In this document: one piece after another, positions 50,145 through 63,820 of the stretch
Layout of the letters: the number at the start of each line of letters is the position of its first letter
Position numbering within the stretch: the first letter of the stretch is position 1
NCBI RefSeq assembly: GCF_963921235.1
Contig: NC_086097.1
Coordinates: forward strand, 25,360,001-25,424,000
Origin: Mobula hypostoma
Taxonomy: Eukaryota
Reading direction: 5' to 3'
Length of the DNA stretch: 64,000 bases
Notes under the pieces: model-generated
Told to the model about the DNA's origin: nothing
Seen by the model: only the letters and a program-made list of their open reading frames with translations
Databases searched by the model: none
Made by a program: the position numbers and the translations under genes

Positions 50145-51645
50145 CAACTTTTAAACTAATTTGGCAGGGGGATTGGAACCGGAATGATTGGGTTGAGGAT
50201 GGAGCAACTGGTATACAAATCGACACAAGTGTGTTGTGAGACTGTGAAGAAGGACAGGCAGATGATGGGGCAAAATTGCAATCACTGGGATGAGTTGAAG
50301 TGTAACATGGGGGCAAAATCAAAAAGGATGATGAATACAGGACAGAAGGTAAATGCACACAGTATATGGAATAAAGTAGCACAGTTAGAAACTGGCAGTT
50401 ATGACGTTGTGGGCATCAGAGTCGTGGCTGAAAGATCATAGTTGGGAGCTTAACATCCAAGGATACACATTGTATCAAAAGGACATGACAAGCCACCACA
50501 CATGAGGCTGCTTAACAAGATAAGAGCCTATGATATTATAGGAAAGATACTAGAATGGAAAGAAGATTGGCTGACTGGCAGGATGCAAAGAGGGGGAATA
50601 AAGAGGACCTTTTCTGGTTAGCTGCTGGTGACTAATGGTGTTTCGCAGGGATCGGTGTTGGGACCACTTCTTTTAATGTTATATGTCAATGATTGGATGA
50701 CGAAATTAATGGCTTTGTGGCCAAGTTTGCGGATGGTACAAAAAAAGGCGGAGAGACAGGTATTATTAAGGAAGCAAAGAGTTTGCAGAAGGGCTTAGAC
50801 AAAGTGGGAGAATAGACAAAGAAGTAGCAGATGGAATACTGTGTAGGGAAGTATATGGTCAAGCACTATGGTAGAAGGAATAAAGGCTTAGACTATTTTC
50901 TAACTGAGCAGAAAATTCAAAAATCAAGAGGTGCAAAGGGACTTGGGAGGTCTTGTGCAGGATTCTCTAAAGATTACCTTGCAGGTTGAGTCGGTGGTAA
51001 GAAAAGCAAATGCAAATAGCATTCATTTCAAGAAGACTAGAACATAAAAGCAAGGATGTAATGCTGAGGTTTTATAAGGCATAGGTCAGACCACACTTGA
51101 AGTATTGTGAGCTGTTTTGGATTCCATATCCAAGAAAAGATCTGTTAGCATTGGAGAGGGTCCAGAGGAGGTACAAGAGAATGATTCCAGGAATAAAAAG
51201 GTTAGCATGTAAGAAGAGTTTGATAGCTCTGGGCCTGTACTCGCTAAAGTTCAGAAGAATGAGGGGGAGATCTCATTGAAACATTGAATTTTAAAATGTC
51301 CGGATAGAGTGAATATGGGGATTATGTTTCCTATTGTGGGGGAGATTAGGACCAGAGAACCCAGCCTCAAAAGAGAGGGATGTCTGATTAGGACAGAGAT
51401 CAGGAGGAACTTCTTTGGCCAGAGGGTAGTGAATTTATGGAATTCATTGCCACAGAGATGCGGAAGCCAAGTAATTGAGTATAGTTAAAGGGCAGGTTGT
51501 TAGGTTCTAAATTAGTAAGGGCATTAAAGGTTAGGAGAAGGCAGGAGAATGGGTTTGAGAGGGATAATAAATTAGCCATGATGGAATGGCAGAGCAAAAC
51601 TGATGGGCTGAGTTACCTAATTTCGCCTCTATGTCATATGGTCTT
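50145..51645 (+). mobile_element. CR1 LINE with an internal deletion joining the ORF1/EN start to the RT 3' half
   Basis: ggcagggggattggaacc and ..YDVVGI.E.WL start, then a jump at about 50488 to RLLNK, GVSQGSVLGPLLF, KFADG. Confidence 0.8.
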
Positions 51646-52487
51646 ATAACACTACAAGTGCCATTTAGGCACAAATCTGTACAACTATAACAATGGCATT
51701 CCAACTATTGTACCCAATACCACAGCTGATGATGGCAAACAAACCATAAACCTTATTCACATTGATGAAGAAAGAATGCAAGCAGCTCAACTTCATTGGG
51801 AATTTGAGGAGATTCGGTATATCAGCAAAAACTCTTACAAAATTGGGCTTCATGGTTGCATATTGGGCGGCATGGCAGCATAGCGATAAGTGCAATGCTC
51901 GACAGTGTGCCAGCTATACGATTGGGGTTTGAGCCTCACTAGTGTCTATAACACATTTGAAGGTTTTCCCTGTGAATGTGTGGGTTTCTTTCCTGTGCTC
52001 TAGTTTCCTCCCAAACTCCAAAGATGTATGGTTTAAGGCAAGTTGTGGGCATGCTATGTTGGCGCTGAAAGCATGGCGACATTTGTAGGCTGCTCAGCAC
52101 AATCCTCACTGATTAGATTTAATATAAACGATGCATTTCGCTGTGTATTTTGATGTACATGTAACTAATAAATAAATAACATTAAGCTAAGCTAAGCACA
52201 TTTCTACAAGTGTACGATGGAGAGCATTCTGACTGGTTGTTCTAATGCACAGGTTTTCAAAACTCTGCAAAGGGTTGTAAACTCAGCCAGGTCCATCATG
52301 GGCACAACCATCACTGCCTTTGAAGGTATCATCAAAAGGCAGTGCCTCAAGAAGGCAACGTCCACAAATAAGGGTCTGGGACATGGGGCGTTCCTTCTTC
52401 TCGTTACCATCATCAGGGAGGATGGACAACAATCTATAAACATTAACTTGTTATTCCTTTTTTTGCATTACTTACTTTTGTAACTTA

Positions 52488-55400
52488 TGTAACATGCTGT
52501 AAGGTTTCACTGATAATGTAATGGTTTCTCTGTAGCAGCAATGTTTGGGTTATGACTAGAGATAACAGGGTTTGGAATGCTGTGGTTCTTTCTTGTGAGT
52601 CTGGAAGAGGGATTTTCGCAGGCTTTTGCCAGGGAGAGATGAGGAGAAAAGACACGAATGGAGGGATTTGGTAGACCACCAGACGGAGTGGACTTGGAGT
52701 GAGGGTCCGAAGGGCAGCGATGATAGGAGGAGGTTGATGGTGGAGGACCAGCTTAGTAGTGAGCTGCAACATTGTGCAATAGACTGTTTCATAAAAATGG
52801 GCTCTTTTTCTTGTTTTTCATTGTCTTTACTAACCATATAGTCAAAGTAAGAATTATAAAGCTTAATCATTTAATCACATATTGTGTGCTGTTTGTTATT
52901 TCGGGGTACTGATTCGTAACAGGGGACACATCACGCAGCATCCACCTAATTGAGATTTTTTTTAAGTTTGGCCGGGCCGCGGGCTATCACCCCCTATATT
53001 AAGCCACTAGCCGAAGCGAGAGTTACAATTGTGGGGGCTTGTCCGGGATTGATTCCGTTGGATGCTGTATGATTACCCTGAGCAATGAACCAGTGGGGCA
53101 GATATTTGTACTCCAGATGAATTGTTAATTCACCTGTTAAGAACTGTTAAAGTTGCGATTGTGGGCAGAGGTTTGATAAAATGATTGGCGCAGCTCTCGT
53201 TTTAATGCAGACCAGTGTTGAGGTGGTGGTAGCCAGGGGCAGAGATTTCAAAGGCAGGGTTCTCTCGTTTCTGAGGAGTGAGGGGAAAGAGTGGTCAGAT
53301 TTGGAATGTCTAATTAGTCCACGTCCCCCAGTGAAGGGTGAGAATTCTGAGTTAGTATCCGCCCTTACTTCTCTGGTGAATAAATGGAAAAATCAGATTC
53401 AAAGTCCCAGCTATGGCAGGCTCCACTTATTCTCTGGAATAACGCCCACCTCCTAAAGGGGAGGAGGAGTCTGAGACTTGGGCAGAGTGGACCTCTCAGT
53501 TGTTAGATGAGTGAGAGTGCTCTGATAATGTAAAGCAACAGAGATTGGTAGAAAGTTTGAGGAGAACGTGGCAGGGGCATGGGAGGACTCTGTCAGTAGG
53601 GTACAGTCCTCGGTAGTAGTCCCCCGTGGTGAAGTGACCACAGATAGCCTACCCCGGGGAGCGGTAGAGGAGATTGTAGCAGAGTTGAGAACAGAGATAT
53701 GTCGGCTGTGATCAGCGGGTGTGACCCCCCCCCCATATGACGGAGCTGATGGAGGGGGTGGCAGATCCCCCAAGGGGACGAACAGTGCAGAGAGCTGCTG
53801 GCAGCAGCTGTCACACCAGAAGGAGAGTGAGCCCCTGGGTACCTAAGCAGGGAGAGTCACTGGGGAAACCTAGAGGAGACCCAGTGAGGGAACGGCCTGG
53901 TGTCTATGGGGGAACACGTTCCCAGCAATGTACCAAGGAGCCCGCAAAAGCAAAAGGCCCAATTCTTGAAGGCTTATTGGGTCCATGCTCCAATGTGTCG
54001 CTACGAATAGAGGGTTTTTATGCTAAAGTCATACTCGACACCAGGTTGCAAGTCACTTTGTTGACCTGTTCGTTTTACAACCGGTATCTGAAGCATTTAC
54101 CATTGACACCATTCAGGGCACTGGAGATCTGGGGGCTTAGTGCTAGTGACTATCCATAGTTGTCAGTGAAGTTGGAGTTCTCGGAGGCCGATGTGGGAAT
54201 GTCTGAGGTCCTTGATACGTTGGTGCTGGTTTGTCCGGACCCTGTTGAGAAGGGCAGCATTTCAATTCTGATGGGGACCAGCACCCCTCTTGTGAAGAGG
54301 CTCATGGGGGCCTGCTAGAAGAAGGCTGGCGAGAGCTTTCTGGGCACATTGTCCATGCACCCGCTGTTTCGAGCTTCTTCTGAAGTGGGCGGCTGCATCA
54401 GGCCGGATACCGAATTTAGACTGTGTGGTTCACTCAGTCAAAGCCAATGGTAGTATGGCCCAGGGAAGTAGCGAGAGTGATGGGGACCCCCAAATTTTCC
54501 AGAGTGCCCTGAGGGCGAAGCCCTCTTAGTAGACACTACGGAAGACCACGAGGGGGAGTCAGGATTTCCTGCTAGGATACTGGTGAAGCCCGAATTGCAG
54601 AAGCCTTCAGCTGTACAGGCAAGCAGGATGGCAGTGATTGTCAGGAACACTACGAAGAGGGAGGTCACCTTCAAGCAGGAGATACCCCTGGAGCATTTGT
54701 TCCCGGTGACCATAATGTCTAGTGCCCCTGTGAGACATGTCGGGGAGAAACTATTGGAAAAGGGGGAAAGTTGACCGCTGAATCATTCAACTTCAGGGGA
54801 TTCCTCAGTTCCTGCGAGTTGGAAGAAGAGGTTGGTAGAGAAGATGTTGAAGCTGGAAGGTGTCTTTTCCACTGACGAGTTTGATGTGGGTTGTTCCAAG
54901 AGCACGCGTCACACTATCTGGGTGACTGAGGATACCCCGTTCAGAGAAAGGTCGCGGCAACTGGCCCCTGCAGAGGTGGAGGATGTTCAGCAGCATTTGT
55001 GTAAGTTGAAGGAAGCTGGGGTCATCACTGAGTCCCAAGGCCCCTATGCGTCCCCAGTAGTAGTGGCCGGAAAGAAGAATGGGAAGGTACGGATGTGTGT
55101 GGACTATAGGACTCTGTACAGGCACACCATCCCTGACCAGTATACTGTACAGAGACCTGCCTGAGTGGTGCGAAGTGGTTCGATGTGCTGGACTTGAGGA
55201 GTGGATATTACCAGATCCCCATGCGTGAAGCCGACAAAGAGAAAACGGTATTTATATGCCCCTTGGGATTTTTCCAGTTCGAAAGAATGCCGCAGGGCAT
55301 CTCGGGAGCTCCTGCAACCTTCCAATGGGTCATGGAGAAGAAGGTGGGGGATATGAACTTGCTTGAGGTATTGGTATATCTGGATGACCTCATAGTATCT

Positions 55401-57980
55401 GGATCCATCTTGGAAGAACATGAAGCGAGGCTGCTGAAGGTGCTGGTCCGCCTGATAGATGAAAGGTTAAAACTTTCCCTGGACGAGTGCCAGTTCTGCC
55501 AAACATCTGTTAGCTATGTTGGGCACATAGTCTCACAGGATAGGGTAGCCACACCCAGCTAAGATCGAGGCAGTTGGCCAAGACCCCAGACTGTGAGTGC
55601 TCTGCGCTCATTCCTCCAGTTCTGTGGTTACTATCAGAGGTTTATGAAAGGCTACGCGAAAGTGAGTCACCCTTTGAATTAGCTTCTGTGCGGTTACCCT
55701 CCCTTGGGGAAGAAAGGGTGGAGGAAAAAGGACAGGAGGGTGGAGCGTATCTTAGCCCGTTGGAGCCCTTTGACTGAGATGAGATGCAACATGCGAGGAG
55801 GCCTTTCATTCGCTGAAGGAGCTGCTGACCCAGCCACCGGTGCTGGCTTTTGCGGACCCCTGATTACCATATGTACTGCACACGGATGCCAACCTAGAAG
55901 GTTTAGGGGGCGTCCTGTATCAGGATCAGGGCTCTGGGTTGAGGCCCATTGTGTTTGTCAGCCGGAGTCTGTCGCCCTCTGAGGAAAACCATCCCATGCA
56001 CAAGCTGGAATTTCTAGCATTGAAATTGGCAGTGGTGGATAAGCTGAGTGACTACCTCTGTGGTAGTCTACCATAGCTCTATAACTCTACCAGATATGCT
56101 CAGATGTTTCCTACCAAGGATCAGAGGGCTTCTATGGTAGCAAAAGTGTTATGGGAGAAGTATTTCATTTATTATGGCCTTCCCAGGCGAATACATAGTG
56201 ATCAGGGACGGGATTTCGAGAGCAGACTCATCTGTGAGTTACTGGGCATGCTTGGAGTCAGGAAGTCGAGGACCATGCCCTACCACCTGCAGAGTGAACC
56301 TCAGCCAGAGAGGTTTAACCAGACCCTGCTAGACATGCTCGAGAACCTGGAGATTAGCAAGAAGTGCAAGTGGAGTCAACATATTGGGCATCTGGTTCAC
56401 AGTTATAATTGTACACGAAATGAAGCTACTGGGAACTCCCCATATTATCTGATGTTTGGGCGCAAGGCAAGGTTGCCCATTAACCTTTGTTTTGAGACTG
56501 ACGAGGGTGACTTACCACTGAAGACTTATCTTAAGTATGTGTCTGACTTGAGAAGAGAGTTGAAAAGGGCTTATTAGTTAGCAGGGGTCGCGGCTGCCAA
56601 GCAGAATCAAGGAAATAAGAGGAGGTATGATCAAAAGGTGAGGTTCTCCCAACTCCTGCCGGGAGACCGAGTCCTCATAAGGAATTTGGAGCTACCTGGA
56701 AAGCATAAGTTGGCTGACTGCTGGGCAGCTACGCCCTATGTGGTGGAGAGTCAGATGCCAAACCTACCAGTTTTCCGGGTGAAACCAGAGGATGTGAATG
56801 GGCCTGTCAAGATTCTCCATTGGAACCACCTGCTGCAGCTGGGTCAAGAGGTGCAGGTGGACCCAGAGCCCAACTTGGAGCCTACACCTAGTAAGAGGAC
56901 TCTTTGGAAATGCGGGGGAACTACCGGACCCCCAACAGGCGAAGTTAGGCTGGCCCCCAGCCAAGAGGGATACTGATTCAGAGGGTGAGGACCTAGATGT
57001 GTGGTATATGCTGCCTTTCACTAACTCCCCATTGATTGAAGAAGAGACTCCTGGCCCTTCTCCCATTGAGACAGGTGAAGTTCGGGGGGTGAACTATCTG
57101 TGGGCAGCCTGGGTTGCAGCGAGACTCTGCAGGGGAGGAAGCGGGGTTTGATCATGGGACAGAGGACTCCGAGTTGCAGGTAGGCTCGAGTGATAGATCG
57201 GGAGAGGCCTTGCTAGGTAGACCGGAAGTATCCCCAGTAGTGTCGGAACCTGAAGAGTTAGATGAGGGGGTGTGGAGGTCTCAGAGAGTTAGGAGACCAC
57301 CAGATAAGTTGGCCTACGTAGCACCAGGGGAAAAGAGTGTGCCCCTACTGTGTTGGGGAGCTATGTCACTGCCTTTTACACCTCGATTGGACTTTGTGTT
57401 TTGCAGGAAGGGTTGGCAAATTATCTAAATTTGGTGGGGGGAGAGTGTAACATGCAGTAAGGTTTCAATGATGATGTAATGATTTCTCTGTAGCAGCAAT
57501 GTTTGGGTTATGACTAGAGATAACAGGATTTGGAATGCTGTTGTTCTTTCTTGTGAGTCTGGAAGAGAGATTTTCGCAGGCTTTTGCCGAGGAGAGATGA
57601 GGAGAGAAGACGCGAATGGAGAGAGTCGGTAGACTGCCGGACGGAGTGGACCGAGCGAGGGTCCAAAGGGCAGTGACGATCGGAGGAGGTCGATGGTGGA
57701 CAATCGGCTTATCTGTGAGCTCCAACATTGCGCAGTAGGCTGTTTCATAAGAATGGGTCCTTTTTCTTGTTTTTCGTTGTCTTTACTAACCACATAGTTA
57801 AAGTAAGAATTATAAAGCTTAATCGTTTAATCGCATATTGTGTACTGTTTGTTATTTTGGGTAACTGATTTGTAACAGGGGACACCGCGCAGCATACACC
57901 CAAACGAGATTTTTTAAAGTTTGGCCAAGCCGGGGGCTATCACCCACTATATTAAGCCACTAGCCGAAGTGAGAGTTACA
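52488..57980 (+). mobile_element. Internally deleted Ty3/Gypsy LTR retrotransposon with PNMA-like gag (gag-PR-RT-RH-INT)
   Basis: LTRs 52488-53027 and 57446-57980 (TG..CA), TSD CTTA, PBS TGGGGGCTTGTCCGGGAT (53032-53049, tRNA-Pro), PPT at 57433-57445. Motifs RLHLFSG, ILDTR, RMCVDYR, YLDD, HSDQG, ERFNQTL. Confidence 0.95.
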
Positions 57981-58814
57981 CTTATAATAATTTTATGTCT
58001 GCACTGTACTGCTGCTGCAAAACAGCACATTTCATGTCATACAAGCCAGTGATAATACACCTAATTCTGATTCTGAGTGCTCAGGATACATGTGCCACTA
58101 CGTTCAGGGAACCATGTATGTGTACCTCACCTATATAATGAGGGGAGGGGAAGGGGAAAGAGTGTGAGACAGACTGACAGGTGAGAGAGCATGGGTAAAA
58201 GAGAGAGAACAGGTGGTGGGGAGAGAGACCACGGGCGGGGTATGAAAATCTTAGGTGTTGGGAGGGAAGAGAGCTGTGGAGAAGGAGAGAGGATGGATCA
58301 GATTGGAAATGGAGTTGGTTTATTAGTGTCATGTATATCAGGGTACAGTGAAAAGCTTGCCTTGCATACTGTTCATACAGATCAGATAATCACACAGTGC
58401 ATTGCGGTAATACAAGGTAAAACAATAACTACACAGAATAGAGTGCATCAGGATGAGCAGGAAGGTGACTAGGACCACAGTAAGGAGGCAAGTGGCAAGT
58501 GGTGTAGGGCAGCATGGTAGAGTAGAAGTTAGTGCAACACTCTACAGTGCCAGCAACCTGATTCCCTCCGCTGGCTATAGGTTTATATATTCTTCCCATG
58601 AATGCATGGCTTTCCTCTGGAGCTACAGTTTCCTCCCACAGTTCAAAGACGTAAGGATTAGGGTTAGTGAGTTGTGAGCAGGCTACGTCGGTGCCAAAAG
58701 TATGGCAATTATTGCAGACTGCCCTAGCACATCCTAGGACTGAATTGGTCATTGACACGACTGAAGCTAGTCATTAATCTTTTCTTCATACTGATCACAG
58801 AGCATCGAGGTAGT

Positions 58815-59360
58815 TCAAGGTAGAATAAAGTGCGACAGGACGAGTAAGAGGGAGATGAGGAGCACAGTGGGCACCAATGGGCGGGGGGGGAATGCGGATG
58901 TGATGGGGAAGATCAATGGGTAAGGGAGAAGGAAAGAAAAGGTTGAGGAGGGGAGTGGGCAGGTGGGGTGTAATAAAGCAGGACTGGAGTTCGCGACTGG
59001 ATGAAGACAGAAGCAGGGAGAAGAGAGTGCAGGCGGGCAGAAAAACTCAGAGAGAAGGGGGCGAGTGAGCATAGGCGGAGATAAGGAGAGAAGTCGGCAC
59101 AGTAAGAGGGTAAAGAAGCATGGTGGTTAGTGGAGGAAAGAGAGCACAGCAAGAAGAAGATGGGACAGAAAGAGAGAGGGAGAAGACAGCAGCACACTGG
59201 AGGGAGAACAGCAGAGGGTGGGGAAAAGTGGGACCAAAATGCGGTGGGTGAATAAAGAGCATAGTTGTGGTGGGGTTGATGAGGGAGCAAGTAATGGAAG
59301 AGGACATTTGGAGGTGGTGGGGGGGATGAAGGGAGTACAGTTTTTGGAGGAAGGAGCACA
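58815..59360 (+). repeat. Purine-rich (GA) low-complexity tract
   Basis: Strong G/A bias on +; produces spurious L/P/S-rich minus-strand ORFs. Confidence 0.7.
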
Positions 59361-61389
59361 GGTGCGGTTTATTTATTTTGAAGCCATCAATTAATTTTTT
59401 AAAAACTTGGGTGAAAATTTTAATACTGAAGTATTGTTTAATATACCGTAAATCAATAAATGATGGACAAATACATACAGAGGAGGCAAAGAGTTCTTCT
59501 TTTTTATTTATTTAGAGATCCAGCCAGTAACAGCCCTTCCAGCCCAATGATCCTGCACCACCCAATGATCCTGCACCACCCAAATACACCCATGTGACCA
59601 ATTAGCCTACTAACTCATATGACTTTGGAATGTGGGAGGAAACTGGAGCACCCAGAGGAAACCCAGGGAGAACGTACAAACTCCTTACAGACAGTGGCAG
59701 AATTGAACACAGGTCGCTGGCAATATAATAATGTTATACTAACCACTACGCTACCATGCTGCCCCATACACTTGGGGTTGGAAGCCTGTATGCGCCTGTG
59801 AGTACTTGGGTGGGCAAGAGGCTGCATAATGAGCTCGTTTTGCTGTGCTTATTTTGTTCTGTTCTTTTGCTGCTTCTGTTGTTCTGCTGATTAATGTGGA
59901 CATGCTATAACAGCGCCAGGATCTGTAGTGTCACTTGCGGCTACCCCCAGCACATCCTTTGGTCGCTGAGGCAAACAACGCATTCACCGTACGTTTCAAT
60001 GTACATGTGATAAATGAATCAGAATCGGAATCTAATGTTATTGGAAGGGCAGCAGTGGAGTTCCAGAGAGCATGGGGTGGGGGACAATATAACATGGGAG
60101 GGTAACAGTTGGTGCCTCTGTCCCACACCTTGAACAATTTACAGTTGCAGTGGGTGGCTACCATCTGTGTGCAGCTCGCACATTCTCCTCGTGAGCACAG
60201 GGGCTTCTCCCAGGCACTCCAGCCCCCTCCCACACCCCAAAAATGTGCTGATAGGTCAGTTGACTACTACAACCTATCCATACTATCATGAAGTATACAA
60301 GAAAAAAAATCAAAAGATAGTTAATGGGGATGTAAGAGAGAATAGGATGCTGGGGCTATAGGGAAATCAGAGTGGGAATGGGACCGATGAGATTATTCTG
60401 TCCAGTGGGCTGAATGGCCTTCTTCTGTGCTACAGTAAGAGATGGAGGGAAACACAGCCTTTCTGTGAGGAAAGGTGGCATGAGATAGACTGGGAGGTGA
60501 TCAGAAGTTGGGGGGGGGTGGGAGGGAGCTCTGCTTCCAATCGATTTTTTAAAATTCTGTTGTTAACTTTTCAATCTTTGACTGCTTAGAATTCATGTGC
60601 ATTCCTCTGGTGTTGATCAGTCATTATATGACAATTATATTCTCATTGCCCACAACCCTCAGGCTTCAGAACCTGATCCTTCATCCATCAATGTGAAATA
60701 GCTCGGCTTAAGCCGCTAGTAATGGCTGTTCACACTTAGGCATTGATTTCTCTCTCTCCGACTGCTCGAGCTCCCTTTATCACACACAGGCTTACCCTGT
60801 CCTCTCATGGCATTGCTTGCTTCCTTCAAATTTTACTTCAAACATTATAGAAACATTACTGCCTTATAAAAATGTACGCTATCTTGGAATACCTGATGAA
60901 ATCCTAACCATATTTCCCATTCTACGCACAGCCTCTTCAAGCACAAGTTGCAGCCAATTAACTTCAATTTTATTCAATGCTCTGCAAGCACCCCAGACCA
61001 TTGCACTCACACAGATTTTAAATTGCCACGTTGTACCCTCCTAACCAATTCCTTTCAAGGGAGTATTTTGCGTCTGTCTCCATCAGAAATAAGGATGAAG
61101 TTGGCAGAGTGGAAGAGGAGAGAGTAGAGATATTAGATGGGATAAAACTGATAGAAGGAAGGTGCAGCATAGATCACCATATCTCAAAACTGACATCAGC
61201 TAGTTCAGAAAGGATCCATGCAGGTAACTGTTGAAGAGAAGAAATTGATCATGGAAGGAATAACATTTGTTCAAAAAAGGAAGGTGGGGTGGGGTGGAGG
61301 AATTAATCTAGAAATTACAGGCCAGTCTAACTTTGGTGTTGGGGAAACTACTTAAGACTAACGTCAAGGAGAGTGTTAATTCATACTTA

Positions 61390-61800
61390 GAACATAAAAT
61401 GGTACAGGCTCATTGGCCAATCTTTTAACCTACTCTAAAATTAATCTAACCCTTTCCTTTCCAATAGTCCTCCATTTTTCTTTCATTCATCTAAGAGTCT
61501 CTTAAATGTCCCTAATGTATCAGCCTCGACCTCCACTGTGTGTAAAAAAATGTACTGCCCCTCGGATATCCTTCCCATAATTTCCTTCAAACACCTTAAA
61601 GTCATTTCCCCTCATATCAGCTGATTTTGTCTTGGAAAAAAAAGTCTCTGGCTATCCATTCAATCTGTCCCTCTTATCATCTTGTACACTTCTATCAAGT
61701 CACCCCTAATCCTCCCTCACATAAAGGAGAAAAGCACTAGCTTGCTCAATCTATCCTCATAAGACATACTCTCCAATCCAGGCAGCAAGATGGTAAATCT
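61390..61800 (-). mobile_element. CR1 3' fragment
   Basis: Same family as 1600-2190 and about 10290-10640. Confidence 0.75.
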
Positions 61801-62208
61801 CAGTGAGTTTTTAAAGCTAAGCAATATCCAAGGGGTATGATGAATGCAAACTCATAGAGTCATAGAGTTATACAGCACTGAAGCAGGCTCTACAACCCAA
61901 CTTGCCGACCTAGGTATCGTCCTGAACTAGTTCCATTTATTCACTTGACTTTGATTCATCTCTCTCCAGATTCACATGCAGAAACATTTTATTTATCACA
62001 CGTGTATTGGAACATTCAGCAAAAAATGTCATTTGCATTAACAACTAACACAATCTAAGGATGCACTGGGGGGAGCCGGCAAGTTTCACCACACATTCCG
62101 GCGCAAACATGGCATGGCCACAATGCTCAATACAGAACACAACAACAACAGAACAACAGCAAAACAAGCCCCTTTCCTCCCTCCCTCCCTCATATCTCTC
62201 TCTCTCTT

Positions 62209-62216
<8 letters not shown>

Positions 62217-62277
<61 letters not shown>
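62217..62277 (+). repeat. (CA)n microsatellite within a SINE-like repeat
   Basis: About 30 AC units. Confidence 0.95.
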
Positions 62278-62279
<2 letters not shown>

Positions 62280-63340
62280 CCTCCAACCCTAAAGCTTTCC
62301 TATCTATAAATCTACCCAAACATTGTAATTATATATGTCTCTACCATTTCCTCTGGTAGCCCGTTCCATATAAACACACCATCTTGTGTGAAAAAGGTAC
62401 CCCTATAATCCCTTCTAAATGTTTCCCTTCCCATCTTAAACCAGTGCCCTCTATTGGAATCTGAAACCAGCATTGCTTCAGAGCGTGAAGTAACTTTTCA
62501 CTTCCTCACTAGCTTTTCTTGCCCATTATTTTAAGTCTTCATGAGTTTTTTTCCAGAGGGTGAAAGGTGAAAGGTGAAATATTTAAAAGGAACATGAGGG
62601 GGAATTTATTCACTCAGAAGGTGGAGAAAGCCTGGAATGAGCTGCCAGCAGAAGTGGTGGAGGCGGGTTCAATTTCAGCACTTAAGAGAAATTTGAATAT
62701 GTACATGGATGGGAGGGTTATGGAGGGAGATGGTCCAGGAGCAGGTCAATGGGACTAGGCAGAATAATACTTTGACATAGATGAGATGGGTTGAAAGCCT
62801 ATTTCTGTCCTGTAGAGCTCTATAACTCTATAATTCATTTTAGCCTATTTGATTTAACAAACTTCATTTATAATTTCAAAATAATTCAAAATCTCCTCTT
62901 ATCTTTCCATCTCTAAGAACAGCAACACCAGCTTTTCCACTGTAGAGTGCAGCAGTCATTGTTCACAATGTGAGCTCCTCTACAAGGGAGAAAAAATGAC
63001 GCTGAGGTATGGTGGTTGGATGCAAGCTGCTCTCCACAGATCCACTCCTAACTTCCATTATAATCCTCTGATTCTTTTAAATCTACTTCAGTACACTGTT
63101 GTAATTAATTGATCTGTATGGACTGCATGCAAGACAAGTTCTTCACTGTACCTTGAAGCTTTCAATGCCCTCCACTTTGAGAGAGATTTCCTAGAGTCAG
63201 TAGTAAAGTTGTCACATATTTTCAAGAGGGCATTGATCATATTCTTCCCTTCCCCTTTGTCCCCTGGTAAATTTTTCCCATGACAAAGCTCGGAACAAAC
63301 TGACTCATTCAGAAGGCTGGTGCTGGAAATCTGAATGATA

Positions 63341-63820
63341 TACTTTATACTTTATTGTCGCCAAACAATTGATACTAGAACGTACAATCATCATAGCAAT
63401 ATTTGCTTCTGCGCTTCCCGCTCTCTGGATTACAAATAGATAGTAAATATTAAAAATTTAAATTATAAATCATAAATAGAAAATAGAAAAATGGGAAGTA
63501 AGGTAGTGCAAAAAAAAAGAGATGCAGGTCCGGGTATTTGGAGGGTACGGCCCAGATCCAGGTCAGGATCCGTTCAGCAGTCTTATCACAGTTGGAAAGA
63601 AGCTGTTCCCAAATCTGGCCGTATGAGTCTTCAAGCTCCTGAACCTTCTCCCGGAGGGAAGAGGGACGAAAAGTGTGTTGGCTGGGTGGGTCGTGTCCTT
63701 GATTATCCTGGCAGCACTGCTCCGACAGCGTGCGGTGTAAAGTGAGTCCAAGGACGGAAGATTGGTTTGTGTGATGTGCTGCGCCGTGTTCACGATCTTC
63801 TGCAGCTTCTTCCGGTCATG
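63341..63820 (-). mobile_element. Young-looking Rex/Babar-type LINE 3' end
   Basis: ORF 63563-63793 (..LPSGRRFRSLKTHTARFGNSFFPTVIRLLN), (TAAAGTA)n tail, CpGs retained. Confidence 0.85.

Noticed and set aside
58815..59359. Hydrophobic L/P/S-rich minus-strand ORFs
   Set aside because: Artefact of the purine-rich low-complexity tract.
60796..60892. Strong donor-like gtaagc on the minus strand
   Set aside because: Stops in all three frames from the nearest acceptor, and no CEP128-like peptide.
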